Of a stretch of DNA of 64,000 nt, positions 11,211 through 22,220 are shown one piece after another (position 1 is the stretch's first letter; every line of letters starts with the position of its first letter). The notes under the pieces are model-generated. The model did no database searches and was not told where the DNA came from. It was given only the letters and a program-made list of their open reading frames with translations. Source of the DNA: Pseudogymnoascus verrucosus (Eukaryota); the NCBI GenBank assembly GCA_001662655.1, contig KV460209.1, one strand, 5' to 3'. The position numbers were made by a program, and so were the translations under genes.

Positions 11211-12617
11211 TTATTCCAACCCCCTAAGAACTGTGTCCGCAAAAGAGCGAAGGACCACCGGCGTCTCCTCGAAGCTCATCCAACTACTCCCAACCGCTAC
11301 AAATACCAGCTTCTGCCTTGGTGCTACCCAAATAACCTGTCCGCCACTGCCCAATGCCATATACGCTCCTACCGATCCGTCCCCTGGCACATGTCTACCT
11401 CCCTCATTAGAATGAAAGAAATACCCATATGGATAGTCACCCTCTCTCGTCTGACTCTTTGTCGCCGCCTCTATATAATCAGCTGATACGATACGGTTTC
11501 CACGATACGCGCCACCCCCCAGCAGCAGCTCGCCAACCTTTGCGAGGTCAGTAAGCGTCATATTAAGCCCACCAGACGGCAATACAAAAGGGGTGCCATC
11601 CACAGAGTCTTCATGCATCCGCGTCCAAGTGTAGTTGGTGATGCCGAGCGGGCCAAATAGATACTTGCGCGCAAAAGCCTCGATGCCAAGCCCAGATTTA
11701 CGCTCGATGAGCAAGCTGACAATGGTAGGAAGGCTGTTATCATAGTGATATTTAGCGCCTGGGTCTCCATAGCGCCGAGGGGCGTTGAGGATAAGCGACG
11801 CAACTGAAGTGGAAGTGAGCATTTTTGCAGTGTCGCGCTGGCTGAAGGCGGTGCCAGGTGTCATTGAGAGGGCGTGGCGGAGGAGGATGGGTGGGGAGTC
11901 GGTCCAAGCTGAGGGAATATCAAAAGCGGCTGCGACGGGATCATCGAGGGAGAGAAAGCCTTCATCAATGGCAATACCAGTAAGGAGAGAGACGATAGAT
12001 TTGGTGATTGAGGCACATGGATGGGAATCGGAGGCTGTGAGGCCGTAGTAGTAGGATTCGTGGACGCGGTGTCCATCCTTGAGAATGAGAAGGCCTTCAA
12101 CGCGATTATCTGGGTGACTACGCGGCCTGATAATAGCTTGTATGGCAGCGTCAAGTTGCTCAGCGGTCATGTTCAAGGCCTCTGGGGCGGCCGTGGACAT
12201 GAAGTCGGCATTATTTGGGTGGCTCTCAGGGGCTACATCGAGACGAGGAGCTAGGTACTTCTCGTGTTCCGGGGCGCCTTGTTTAAGATGGACTTCTATA
12301 GTCTCTAGGCCAGTAAGGCCATCCCCCTCAATTTTGGCAATGAGAACCACACCGAAACTATTGCTGTGGAAGGTGCCGTAAATGGTAGCTGCTCCGCCGA
12401 GCCAGGTTGGCACAGTGGCCATGAATACATTGTTTGATGTATAGCTTATCTGACCCTCGAGAGGTTTTGGGGATCGCCGGTCATGGCGATGAAGATAGCT
12501 GTGCCCATCTCGGTATACAATATCAATAATGGTAAAATCATTGAACGGTTTCGTCGTGGACGTCCCTGACCAACGGCCCAGATAGGGGTCAGGTGCGTTC
12601 GAGGTGGAAGTAGACAT
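11211..12617 (-). CDS. Beta-lactamase-family (AmpC/NylB-like) serine hydrolase with an extra N-terminal domain, intronless
   Basis: SxxK (ASITKS), YxN (YHYDN), LFGPLGI, GGLNMT and ALGSGGQ. Probable start is MSTSTS at 12617; a TATA-like tatatat lies just upstream. Confidence 0.88.
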   Translation of the reverse strand: MSTSTSNAPDPYLGRWSGTSTTKPFNDFTIIDIVYRDGHSYLHRHDRRSPKPLEGQISYTSNNVFMATVPTWLGGAATIYGTFHSNSFGVVLIAKIEGDGLTGLETIEVHLKQGAPEHEKYLAPRLDVAPESHPNNADFMSTAAPEALNMTAEQLDAAIQAIIRPRSHPDNRVEGLLILKDGHRVHESYYYGLTASDSHPCASITKSIVSLLTGIAIDEGFLSLDDPVAAAFDIPSAWTDSPPILLRHALSMTPGTAFSQRDTAKMLTSTSVASLILNAPRRYGDPGAKYHYDNSLPTIVSLLIERKSGLGIEAFARKYLFGPLGITNYTWTRMHEDSVDGTPFVLPSGGLNMTLTDLAKVGELLLGGGAYRGNRIVSADYIEAATKSQTREGDYPYGYFFHSNEGGRHVPGDGSVGAYMALGSGGQVIWVAPRQKLVFVAVGSSWMSFEETPVVLRSFADTVLRGLE

Positions 12618-13106
12618 CGCGAAAATATTGTAGTGATTGTAGTTATTATCGGATGATGTAACGGATAGAAATAGACTAGAAGAGAGCAGGATATATATAC
12701 TCATATGCTTACCCTTGTCCGTCTGTGACCTCCATATAGCGTAGTTCAAGGCTTTCTGGTGCGTTCTTGGACAATAAAGGCAAAGGTGTGTGAAGTAGGA
12801 ACTCGGCTTCAAATTAAAAAATATGAGGGGACAAAATGAAACTCATTCTATCTTAAGACAGTAATAAATTTACATAATTGGAAAGAACGAAGGCTAACAG
12901 TGGGATTATTTTGTACGGCAAGTACGTATACTTCCCTGAGTGGCGGTTTCCAATAATGAAGTTCAAAGTGATTTATTTGGTGGATGACTAATATTACAGC
13001 ACCTTCCAGAGAGCTTTCCTTCTGTGTAACCCAGTCAACTCCAACTCTTCTGTCTCATCGTAAACAATATAATTGAACAAGCACAGTTAATTAACCGCTA
13101 GACACG

Positions 13107-14191
13107 ATGGCGTTTACGATGCATTCTCATTCCGGGCAGTTTTGCCCGGGGCACGCGAAAGATCAGCTGGAAGAGGTGGTCCAGCGAGCTATAACGCTGG
13201 GGATGCGCCTTATATCAATTACCGAGCATATGCCTCGCACTCATGAGCAAGATTTATACCCCGAAGAAGTGCGTAGCTTCCCCTAACGATGATATTTTCC
13301 CTCAGCATCTTATATTCTTGCGACGGACTATCTTGGTCTGGTTATATACTGACATCGTCAATAGGTTGAAGCTGGGCACACTTCAAAGATGCTCCTTCCA
13401 AGGCACGAGGAATTTCTTGAGGAGGGTATTCGTCTGCGAGAAAAGTACGAGGGACAGATCCAAATCCTTATTGGCTTTGAGGGGGAATGGATACGCCCAA
13501 CGTATGGACCCGTTATCAGAGGTCTTGCCAAGGACAGTAAAGTAGATTTCTTCATCGGCTCTGTGCATCATGTCCACGGGATTCCTATCGACTACGACAG
13601 GAACATCTATTTGAACGCACGGCAAATGGCGAATGATAGTGAGGAAAAGCTCTTTGAAGACTACTTTGATGCCATGTATGCTATGCTCCAAGATGTGCGA
13701 CCACGGGTTATTGCGCACTTCGATTTGATCCGGTTGTTCAGCGACCTGCCAAACCAGGACCTGAAGACTTGGGATGGTGTATGGGCGAAGGCCGTGCGAT
13801 GTCTGAAGATGATTGTCGATCAAGGTGGTTTGCTGGAGGTCAACAGCAGTGCTCTCCGCAAAGGTTTGCTCGAGCCGTATCCAAGTCGGAGTATTTGCGA
13901 GGTATGGTCTCTGGGCTTTATCTGTCACATAACACTAACAAGCTATAGGAATTTTTGAGCCTCGGTGGCAAGTTCACCTTGTCTGATGATAGCCACTCTG
14001 TTGCTCAAGTGGGGCTAAACTATGTACCGGTACAAAAATACCTTCAGGAGATAGGCGTCGAGACTCTGTGGTATCTTGAAAGACTCTCGGAGGAGGTGGC
14101 GAAAACATGCGTTGCCGGGTCACTTCGTCTTAAGACTGTGGCGTTAAGTGAACTTGACATGAAGGATTTTCCATACACAGTCAATGTTTGA
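13107..14191 (+). CDS. HIS2: Histidinol-phosphate phosphatase (PHP family); exons 13107-13268, 13365-13901, 13949-14191
   Basis: MAFTMHSHSGQFC..H, TEHMPR, GFEGE, GSVHH, AHFDLI, EVNSSALRK and LSDDSH; two GT..AG introns restore the frame. Confidence 0.92.
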
Positions 14192-14257
14192 GATAAAAGG
14201 ATGACGGGCTTACTGTATAACTAAAAAAACGCCCGCTTTAAAAAAAATATATGATAT

Positions 14258-14305
14258 CCCCATTTGATTTCCGCCAACAGCACTGGCATAGTAACAGTGC
14301 AAACC
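14258..14305. repeat. 48-bp copy (46/48 identical) of MFS coding sequence 14478-14525
   Basis: ccccatttgatttccgccaacagcaYtggcatMgtaacagtgcaaacc occurs at both positions, 220 bp apart. Confidence 0.9.
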
Positions 14306-14359
14306 GAAATGGGTATTCTCTCTATGTCTACATCTGTTTATGCCTAATTCCGACCATCC

Positions 14360-16111
14360 TCACTTTTCCTGACCACTTTCAACTGCCAAAGCGTCATTGC
14401 TCTCTTCCAACCTCTTTTGGTGGTCTGCTGAAGCTTTGGCATCCAGCCTCACCCGTCTCTCCTCTCTCCAGCCAGGACCCCATTTGATTTCCGCCAACAG
14501 CATTGGCATCGTAACAGTGCAAACCAATGCAATGAAAGTGAAGCACCATCCTCTTCCCATTTTCTCTACCATGATATTAATAATTCCCGTGCCTCCAGCT
14601 CCCATAAAACATCTAACAAGGTTATTCGCCGCTGTAGCTGTCGCCGGGCTCTGGGGGTACAGATCCACCACTAGAGTGCTTAGGATATTAAATGAGCCGT
14701 TGACACAAAATCCTATCAAAAATGTGAGAACAAGAGGAGCAGCAAGATGTGCATTCTTCTCCATGGCCCAGCCATAGCAAATAATGCTGACGATCCCGAC
14801 GCTCAGCATGGGCCATATTGTCCCTAGTCTCGCCTCTTCTATTGGAAAATGGCGCAGATCATCCCCGTGCTTGCGGTCAATTGCGAAACCGATTCGTTTG
14901 GCGATTCTCTTGTAGTTCCTGTCAAGGAGCTTTCCGTTGATGAAGGACGTCACTGCACAACCAACGCCAAAGGGGAGATAGCAAAGCCCTATTTCGAGAT
15001 CATTGAATCCATACGTCTGCTTGAACATTGCAGGCATCGAGGATATAACGTCGTAAAAGGCGGTATAGATAAGAGAGTTGTAGAAGAGCACTAAGGCGAC
15101 ATCTTTTTCTGCGATAATGTAGATCGTCTTGAGAGGGTTGGGAAACTTGAGTTTGCGATGACTGGCAAGTTCATTTTGAGCCCTACGACGCTCGTTGGCA
15201 GTGGTGGAACGGGAGAGGGAATCTTGAGACTTCATCTCTTTGCGCTGGCGCAGGTAGTCCAAGATGGTCATATTCCAGCCCACTGGTGGAACCGATCCAT
15301 TTCCCACAACATTACGGCCAGTCTCTGGAACGGTAATAACGTAGGGAACAAGCCATACTGCTGAAAAGATGAAACAAAACCAAAAGATTGATCTCCACCC
15401 CAGGAACTGCGCCAGAATTCCTCCGATTACTGGGCCTAGTGCGGGACCCAACATGGTGCCTGCGCCCACGATTCCAACATACGATCCTCGCTCAGAGCTC
15501 GTTGAGATATCTGCCACAACCCCATATCCCAAAGCAATACCGCCGCTGCTACCCGCGCTCTGTATGCAACGCAATACTAGCAACGCTGGAAAGCTGTTCT
15601 GAAGAGCCAGCCCAATATTGGCGCCAAGATAAATGATAGAGGCCACAATGTATGCCGGCCTTCTCCCCGCCATATCAGCAAGATCGCCGATAAATGTAGG
15701 TGCTATCCCCTGAAATATCATAAATGACGTTATGGTCACGTTGATAAGTGCATCCGAAACATTCAGATCCTTGGCCAGCGGATTCAGGGCGGGAAAATAA
15801 ATATTTGCAGAGGTTGGCGATATGAAAGCCGCCACTGTGACCATGAAGACGAGATATTTCTTCTGCTTCTTAGAGAAGACCGAGTAGGGCGGTCCAGTCC
15901 GCACGGCTGTTAATTCTTCAAGGTCCCCATCTTCGGCTATGGCCTCGTCGTTGGCAGGCTGGAATCCTGTGCTTGCTGGTGGTATAGACTCGCTGGGAGA
16001 TGGAGTTCCTGTGGTTTTCTCATCCAAGTCCTTTTCCAAGGTGTCACGAGAGATTGGCGTCCTCGTAGTTTCTTGTGGTTCAACGCCGAGACCATCCTTC
16101 TCTAGGCTCAT
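14360..16111 (-). CDS. MFS drug:H+ antiporter (DHA1 family, QDR-like)
   Basis: 583-aa intronless ORF with 12 hydrophobic segments, PPYSVFS, GDLADMAGRRP (motif A), RCIQSAG, GPALGPVIGG, GWRSIFW and PIEEARL. Confidence 0.92.
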   Translation of the reverse strand: MSLEKDGLGVEPQETTRTPISRDTLEKDLDEKTTGTPSPSESIPPASTGFQPANDEAIAEDGDLEELTAVRTGPPYSVFSKKQKKYLVFMVTVAAFISPTSANIYFPALNPLAKDLNVSDALINVTITSFMIFQGIAPTFIGDLADMAGRRPAYIVASIIYLGANIGLALQNSFPALLVLRCIQSAGSSGGIALGYGVVADISTSSERGSYVGIVGAGTMLGPALGPVIGGILAQFLGWRSIFWFCFIFSAVWLVPYVITVPETGRNVVGNGSVPPVGWNMTILDYLRQRKEMKSQDSLSRSTTANERRRAQNELASHRKLKFPNPLKTIYIIAEKDVALVLFYNSLIYTAFYDVISSMPAMFKQTYGFNDLEIGLCYLPFGVGCAVTSFINGKLLDRNYKRIAKRIGFAIDRKHGDDLRHFPIEEARLGTIWPMLSVGIVSIICYGWAMEKNAHLAAPLVLTFLIGFCVNGSFNILSTLVVDLYPQSPATATAANNLVRCFMGAGGTGIINIMVEKMGRGWCFTFIALVCTVTMPMLLAEIKWGPGWREERRVRLDAKASADHQKRLEESNDALAVESGQEK

Positions 16112-16802
16112 AGTGCAGTATTACTCTGCCGCCGAAAATCACACATTAAGAGGCACCAATGAGTAAACCGGATTGAATTGAATTGGAAGAGAAAGATGAA
16201 TTCAAGATAGGAAAGACAATGACGAGCAACCTACCTTATTAAAGCCGGTTTAAACCATGGATGGTTCATAGCGGCTATACGGAACTTGCGCGAAGAGCGG
16301 TGCCGTGCCGAGTTAAATCCACATCGTCTGTCTGGTGAGTTGCATTTGAGCATGGATGGTGGCGATATAGCGTCGTCGGAGTATCATTTGATTCGCGGAC
16401 GTTGAGCAAATCTCGTTATTCCCGTTGGAGAAAAGTTGGAGAAGGAGAGGGGTCCGGTAATAATTTTCGGGAATAAAAAATCACCCCGCGATGGATCAGG
16501 CACAGGTACACCACACGTGGTATTGTATCATCTCCTGTAACACCGACATTGGATTTGACTTTTAGGAACAAAAATATCAAAAAAGCAATAGAAAAATCCA
16601 CATAATAATGCTATCACAGTTGTAAAATAGTTACCTGCTTTGGGTTCTCTGATTTTGCTGATACGTGATGCCTAAACCCAAAGTTTCGCTTATCTTTGAT
16701 ACCACAAATCGTCCAAATCCGAAATGAAATTTCGTCCATGACGTCCAAATAAGGTTGTGAAGGAACAAAACACCCCCGCGGGTTAGCACTCAAAATACTG
16801 TG

Positions 16803-19718
16803 ATGTCTACCGACAAAGATATGATGTTTGGAAAGACATTGGATGAGCTGATATGCGACCTCGAGCCCCTCAAACGCATCGAAGGGCTCGAGGAGCTCAC
16901 TGAAACCTACCTTCAAGGAGAGTATCAGAAGCTTCTCGGTGGAAATGAGGCTCAAGCTCTATTCGCCCAGTTCCTAGAGCGGTTATCATCTGATAGCAAC
17001 GGAAAGCCAAAGCCATGGACAACGGAAGAGAATAGCTTCCTGGCTTCTGGCAGGGCCATATTGATAGGCCTGGCGTCGTTTGATGCTTTTCTACAAGCTA
17101 ACGTCACGGGACCGCCCTTCTCATCACGCTCTCTTCTCTTTGGCGCGGATATGACCTTGGACGATGTTAAGAAGCACAGACAAGAATGTCTTCTGAATTT
17201 GGCAGTGGATGGCCTCTCGGTCTACCAACTTATTCCGCACGTCGAACTATTCACTTTCGCAAGGGCAATTTTCGCGGAATACTTCCCACGTGTTGTAGCT
17301 GGCCAGACACTCGATTCGAGATGGATGCGAATCCGCATCAATGCCTACCATCAGCGTCTCCTGTCTTCCGGCGTGTCAAATACCCGTCTCAGTGATTCAG
17401 TGGCGACCCTTCAGACCCAAGCCGAGGTAGATATGTTCGCCCTCGAACTCGAAATCATGGCCAAGGATTCGTCTTATTCTACGGAATCCAAAGTCCAGTA
17501 CTTTCTTGAAAAGTCCCAAATCTACATTATGCAAGGCCTTGATGCCAAGGCTAGAGATAACCTGAAGCAAGCAAAGGAAGTGTCTCAGTTTCAGTACGCG
17601 CTGTCTGGTGCATTGGGAAAGAGAACAAAATTTCAAGAGAATGATATCTCACAATTAGTTGTCTTCGCAAAGAGCAAAGAGGAGCAAAGGTCGGAAACCG
17701 AAGGTAGCCAGGACACAGCTACACTATCAAGGGATGGCGCCTCTGGATCTACCAAAACTGAAGTGGAAACTACTGGACCTACTGCACTTGAACTAAATGA
17801 CGATACGTTACTCGAGTCAATCGAGTTCACAAAAGTCGACAAAGACCTGAAAACTGATCTTCCGGAGGAGCTTGCAAGCTTAGAGCCGAGCAACCAACCG
17901 CAGCTGAAGCCAGTAGACCAGATTATGCTACTCACTGAGGCTACACTGAAAGATGTCTCGGCTCCTCTAGATAAGTTGAACAGCGAGGAGATTTTGCCCT
18001 TTGCTGTCCGTGTCCTTGATGACAAACCTACGAACTGGCAGATCTACACCCAAGCGCTGCTCGTGAGGAGCAGAATCGAAGCTCATAGATCGAGGACACA
18101 AGAACGTAGCGTGCTTCAACTGCAAGCTATTGTCGATCAAGTTATCGCCGAGACCCAAGAAGAGCCAACATATAGCGGTGATGGCGTCCCTGAAATACAA
18201 ATCACTCAATTCTTACCGAAAGCCAAGCCATCTGAATCTGCTCCGATCACTGAGCGGTTGAAGTTTATCCATCAACTCAATTCACCTACCAGGTGGGAGA
18301 TAGAAACCGAGTTGGCCTATGCTTGGAGCCACGCAGGAAGTCTTGTGAGCGCCCTTGAGATATTTAGGCGTTTGGGGCTTTGGCCCGAGGTTGCTCTTTG
18401 CTACCACTCGATTGGTCAAGAGGACAATGCTCGCCGAGTCATCCGCCGCCAACTTTTCCACTCCACCAAAGGCCCAGAAATGGACAAGTACGGCATCGAC
18501 GATGACGAAGTGCGCACAGATAAGTGGGCAGGGGAGATGCGCTCACCTCATCCCCCTCACGCACCACGCCTGTGGTGTATTATCGGTGACCTCGAGCAGG
18601 ACCCATCATGTTGGGAAAGGGCATGGGAAATCTCCAACCACCATTATCCGCGCGCTCAGCGGACACTGGGCGAGTATTATACTCGCAAGGGTGATCTGCT
18701 AAAAGCGCGAGAGGCATATATCAAGGCAACAATAGTTAACCGCCAATACGGAGACACTTGGAGTCGTCTTGGAGATATTGACCTTGCGACTGCGAACTGG
18801 GATGGAGCTATTATCGCATTCCAGCAAGCAATTATGATAGATGACGATAACTCGAAAACCTACAGTAACCTCGGATCCGCGTTATTATCCAAGCACACCG
18901 AAATGATGAAGATTAAGCAGTTAGAGGCTGCAAATCAAATCCAGGAGGATGCAGAAGAGGTAAACGACGATGACGAAGTTGGAGTTCACAAGCCACAAAT
19001 GTCCCAGTTGGACCCGAAAGACATCCTTCGCCAATCACTTATTGCATACAAGAGAGGTGCTAGCTTACAATACGACAACTGGCAAATTTGGGATAATGTT
19101 ATTACAGTTGCTGGCCGCATGTCACCACCCTCATTCCCTGAGGTACTGCAGGGCCTTCGTGCAGTGATTCGCATCCGCTCCCCGAAGGAAGGGGAGAAAT
19201 CAATCGACGTTGACATTCTGCGCGCCCTGGTCGGAGAAGTTCTGACGAGGGAAAGGGATACCAATCCTGCAACGATGGAAAACGGAATATACAACCCACC
19301 GCGTGGAAGCTTGGCACGCGCTGTTATCGAGATGGTAGACTCGGACGTGGTGCCGCTAATTACCGCCCAGGGCGAGCTGTGGGCTTTGGTGGAGAAGCTG
19401 AAGTTCTACCGACGCGACTTTGCTGGGGCTCTGGCGTGTGCTGAGAAGAGGTGGAGAGTCGCCACAGCAGGTGAGACGTGGCTGGAGAATAGGGAGGCAT
19501 GGAAGCAGGTATCAGAGGCAACTGACGGGCTTGTCAGCGCCTTTGAGAATTATGGGCCGCAAGAGAAGGCAGATGGGAGCGGGGAGGTAGAAAAGGGGTG
19601 GAAGATGAAGGCGAGAAGTGCTGCGAGGGGTATCATGAGCAAGGCAAGGGCTATTTGGGAAGATACGGAAGAGTTTGAAATGTTGAAAGAGAGGCTGGAG
19701 GAGTTGAAAAATATGTAA
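16803..19718 (+). CDS. EMW1: TPR-repeat protein EMW1/TTC27-like
   Basis: About 971 aa with FLQANVTGP, LSGALGKRTKFQ, LNDDTLLE, NWQIYTQALLVRS and C-terminal TPRs (NWQIWDN). Confidence 0.85.
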   Translation: MSTDKDMMFGKTLDELICDLEPLKRIEGLEELTETYLQGEYQKLLGGNEAQALFAQFLERLSSDSNGKPKPWTTEENSFLASGRAILIGLASFDAFLQANVTGPPFSSRSLLFGADMTLDDVKKHRQECLLNLAVDGLSVYQLIPHVELFTFARAIFAEYFPRVVAGQTLDSRWMRIRINAYHQRLLSSGVSNTRLSDSVATLQTQAEVDMFALELEIMAKDSSYSTESKVQYFLEKSQIYIMQGLDAKARDNLKQAKEVSQFQYALSGALGKRTKFQENDISQLVVFAKSKEEQRSETEGSQDTATLSRDGASGSTKTEVETTGPTALELNDDTLLESIEFTKVDKDLKTDLPEELASLEPSNQPQLKPVDQIMLLTEATLKDVSAPLDKLNSEEILPFAVRVLDDKPTNWQIYTQALLVRSRIEAHRSRTQERSVLQLQAIVDQVIAETQEEPTYSGDGVPEIQITQFLPKAKPSESAPITERLKFIHQLNSPTRWEIETELAYAWSHAGSLVSALEIFRRLGLWPEVALCYHSIGQEDNARRVIRRQLFHSTKGPEMDKYGIDDDEVRTDKWAGEMRSPHPPHAPRLWCIIGDLEQDPSCWERAWEISNHHYPRAQRTLGEYYTRKGDLLKAREAYIKATIVNRQYGDTWSRLGDIDLATANWDGAIIAFQQAIMIDDDNSKTYSNLGSALLSKHTEMMKIKQLEAANQIQEDAEEVNDDDEVGVHKPQMSQLDPKDILRQSLIAYKRGASLQYDNWQIWDNVITVAGRMSPPSFPEVLQGLRAVIRIRSPKEGEKSIDVDILRALVGEVLTRERDTNPATMENGIYNPPRGSLARAVIEMVDSDVVPLITAQGELWALVEKLKFYRRDFAGALACAEKRWRVATAGETWLENREAWKQVSEATDGLVSAFENYGPQEKADGSGEVEKGWKMKARSAARGIMSKARAIWEDTEEFEMLKERLEELKNM

Positions 19719-19968
19719 ATCCGGTTGGTAGATGCTGCATCAATAGAATGAGGCTGGTCAGTCCAGATTTATGGTTTAAAACCCACTTGCTCGTATCGTT
19801 CCGAGGTGACAGTAAGGCAAACAGTAATTACCTGTACCTCACACTGATCTGGTGGCTCCTCCTTCTTGAGAAGTCTCGCTAGCTTACCCATTATGATGGG
19901 GAGTGGCGCTGACAGTATCTGTAAAATTAAAATACGTATTTCAAGTAGTTACAAACAAAATAAATGCT

Positions 19969-20065
19969 TTTAGTGACTGTAGATAAATAGTAACCTTTTA
20001 GTGACTGTGGATAAATAAATGCCCTATAGTAACTGTAGATATATGATAGCATCTAGGTAACTGTG
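19969..20065. repeat. 28-bp-period array of a GTRACTGT core (4 copies, possibly a 5th degenerate copy at 19945)
   Basis: GTGACTGT at 19973 and 20001; GTAACTGT at 20029 and 20057; flanks share gataaata/gatatat. Confidence 0.8.
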
Positions 20066-20410
20066 AGCAGCAAGTTCATCACCTTGTGATAAGTGTGATT
20101 TAGAGATTAAATATATAAACTGATGGGCGTGGGTAGTGTAGCGCAGAAAGGGGGTCCCTGAGGAGTACCCAGCCACACTAGCCCATGCGCCACAATGTTC
20201 CAGCCTCAGTGACGGAAGCTACCATAAAGCCACACCTATGCTTGATCACAGCTTGCGATAACAGTTATATTGTAGGTTTGTTGCCCATTCTACCGTATAC
20301 CCGACTTAAAAAGAGGCTATTGTACATGGGCTTCTTTGATAGCATGATACAAGAAGGCTGAAGGCAACGTACAACCGTCATTGTACTTGCATCTTTGCTG
20401 TACCTACAAA

Positions 20411-21584
20411 ATGACAGATATCACTCCGTACTTCAACGAGACCCTCAAGGCTCATGGCGCCCACACAACCGCTGGCGTCTCTCTGTCTATGCAACACCTT
20501 GACGAGTTTCTTAAAGAGGCATATCGCATAGTAAGATGTCATTGTTTTTCATATGCGCAAGCAATTGCTGACCGATAATCCAGAACTCCCACATTGCGTC
20601 TCTGAACGACTACCTACGTGGAATCCGACAATCCTACCTATCCACCACCCAACCACCGCGACGACAACGCCAGCTTGCTGCCGAAACCTCGAAGCCCAAA
20701 GATAAAGAATGGCGGTACCTGACAGACCGCCAACGCGACGAGATCGACGCCGAAACAAAGCAACTCCTCCGCGAACTCAACTACGGCATCCGAAACCTGG
20801 CAGATGCGGAGCAGCTGCGCCAAGACACCGAGACGACCCTGATAGAAAAGAAATATGGCAACAAACTGGGTGCTTTGGGTAACTGGGCTGTTGGCGGGAT
20901 AGGGCAATCGAAGCCTCCGGAGCAGGAACAGGCGGAGAGCAGGGCGAATACGATTAGCACGCACAGGGAGAATGTGCTGTGGTATTTACGGCAGAAGCTA
21001 CAGCAGTGTGGGGGGTTGCAGGCGGCTATGATGGAGACGCGGATTATGCGCGAGATGGAGAAGAATAAGAGCTTGCTCTATAAAAGTAAGGGGGTTATGA
21101 TGATGGAAGGCGGCGGGTCGGGCGAACCGCCTGTGCCGGCATTCGAATACAAGGGCGCGGCGGGGAGGCAGGTCGAGGAGGAGTATGGGAAGAATGTCGA
21201 GGATGAGTTGACGCCGGAGCAGCTGCAGCTGTTTGAGAAGGAAAATCGAAACATGGTTCAGCACTACGAGGATACTCTGAACCAAGTCAAGTAAGTCAAG
21301 TTCATCTGACACATCACAGTCCTTTGCTAACAAGGTTCCCCAGGACCGCGCAAAAATCGCTCGTGGAGATCTCAGAACTGCAGACACAGCTCGTCAACAA
21401 CCTCGCAACACAGTCGGCGCATATTGATCAGCTTGTCGCAGACTCATTCTTGACAGCCGAGAACGTTGGGGGCGGAAATAAAGAACTGAAGAAGGCGTCG
21501 GAGCGGAGGAGCACTGCAAAGTATGTCTTCTATGCATCATGCGGGCTGAGTGCGTTCCTGGTGGTGTATGATTTGATCATTTGA
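20411..21584 (+). CDS. UFE1: ER t-SNARE syntaxin-18/Ufe1; exons 20411-20530, 20584-21290, 21344-21584
   Basis: MTDITPYF, DEFLKEAYRI, LTDRQRDEID, SNARE motif (EISELQTQL..QSAHIDQL..NVGGGNKELKKA) and a C-terminal TM segment; two canonical introns. Confidence 0.88.
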
Positions 21585-22181
21585 TTGAATCACGTCGCCG
21601 CGAGTTAAGTTACAGTACGTAGAGAGTGCGTGGCACATACATACATATCACAGGAAATATAGACGGGCTTGGATTGCAGGAGTTCCATCTGTGGCATACA
21701 TGGTCGTGCATGTGATTTGTGTGCGAATCAGTGCATCAGCGAACGAGAGACGACCGATGACATGTGAGAGACTGAATCATTCCCCAGATATAATATACGG
21801 AGTAAGGCAAGTTATACAGTTATACAGTACATAGCAAGCACTCTAGCTGTTTCGCTTCTAGCGGTATTGATCGTGCAATGATGTCTTGCAGTTCCCATGG
21901 CCCACGTCGGTCTTTTTCTTGCCGCGATGCCTCGGCTTCTCCACGAAAGGACGACCATCTCCTGTCACTCATAAAATGTTATAACATTCCAATTTCCGCG
22001 CTTCCTAGGCCGAACTACTCTAGCAATTATTATATCTGTACAATCTTTCAATTTGTCTCCGTTTTATATACCATTTGTACGAAAATTGTTCGCCATATTG
22101 TTTTTCTATTCCCTGGTATTTCCCGGTCACGTTTGCGCGAATTACTGTACCATACAAGGCCCAGCCCATTCTTGATTACCT

Positions 22182-22220
22182 GATAAATTACCTGATAGCG
22201 ATAATATAGCGTTCCGATAA
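22182..22220 (+). promoter_or_regulatory. Cluster of four GATA motifs (AreA/Nit2-type) at the 5' end of the aspartate aminotransferase gene
   Basis: GATAA at 22182, GATAG at 22194, GATAA at 22200 and GATAA at 22216. Confidence 0.4.

Noticed and set aside
12618..12812. 65-aa N-terminal extension of the serine hydrolase in the ORF track
   Set aside because: Non-ATG start, and the sequence is AT-rich with a TATA-like element; more likely promoter/5'UTR.
20143..20170. Hammerhead ribozyme (GAAA ... CTGAGGA) or TPP riboswitch
   Set aside because: Only 8 nt separate the core boxes, so stems I and III cannot form; the 3' half of a TPP aptamer is absent.
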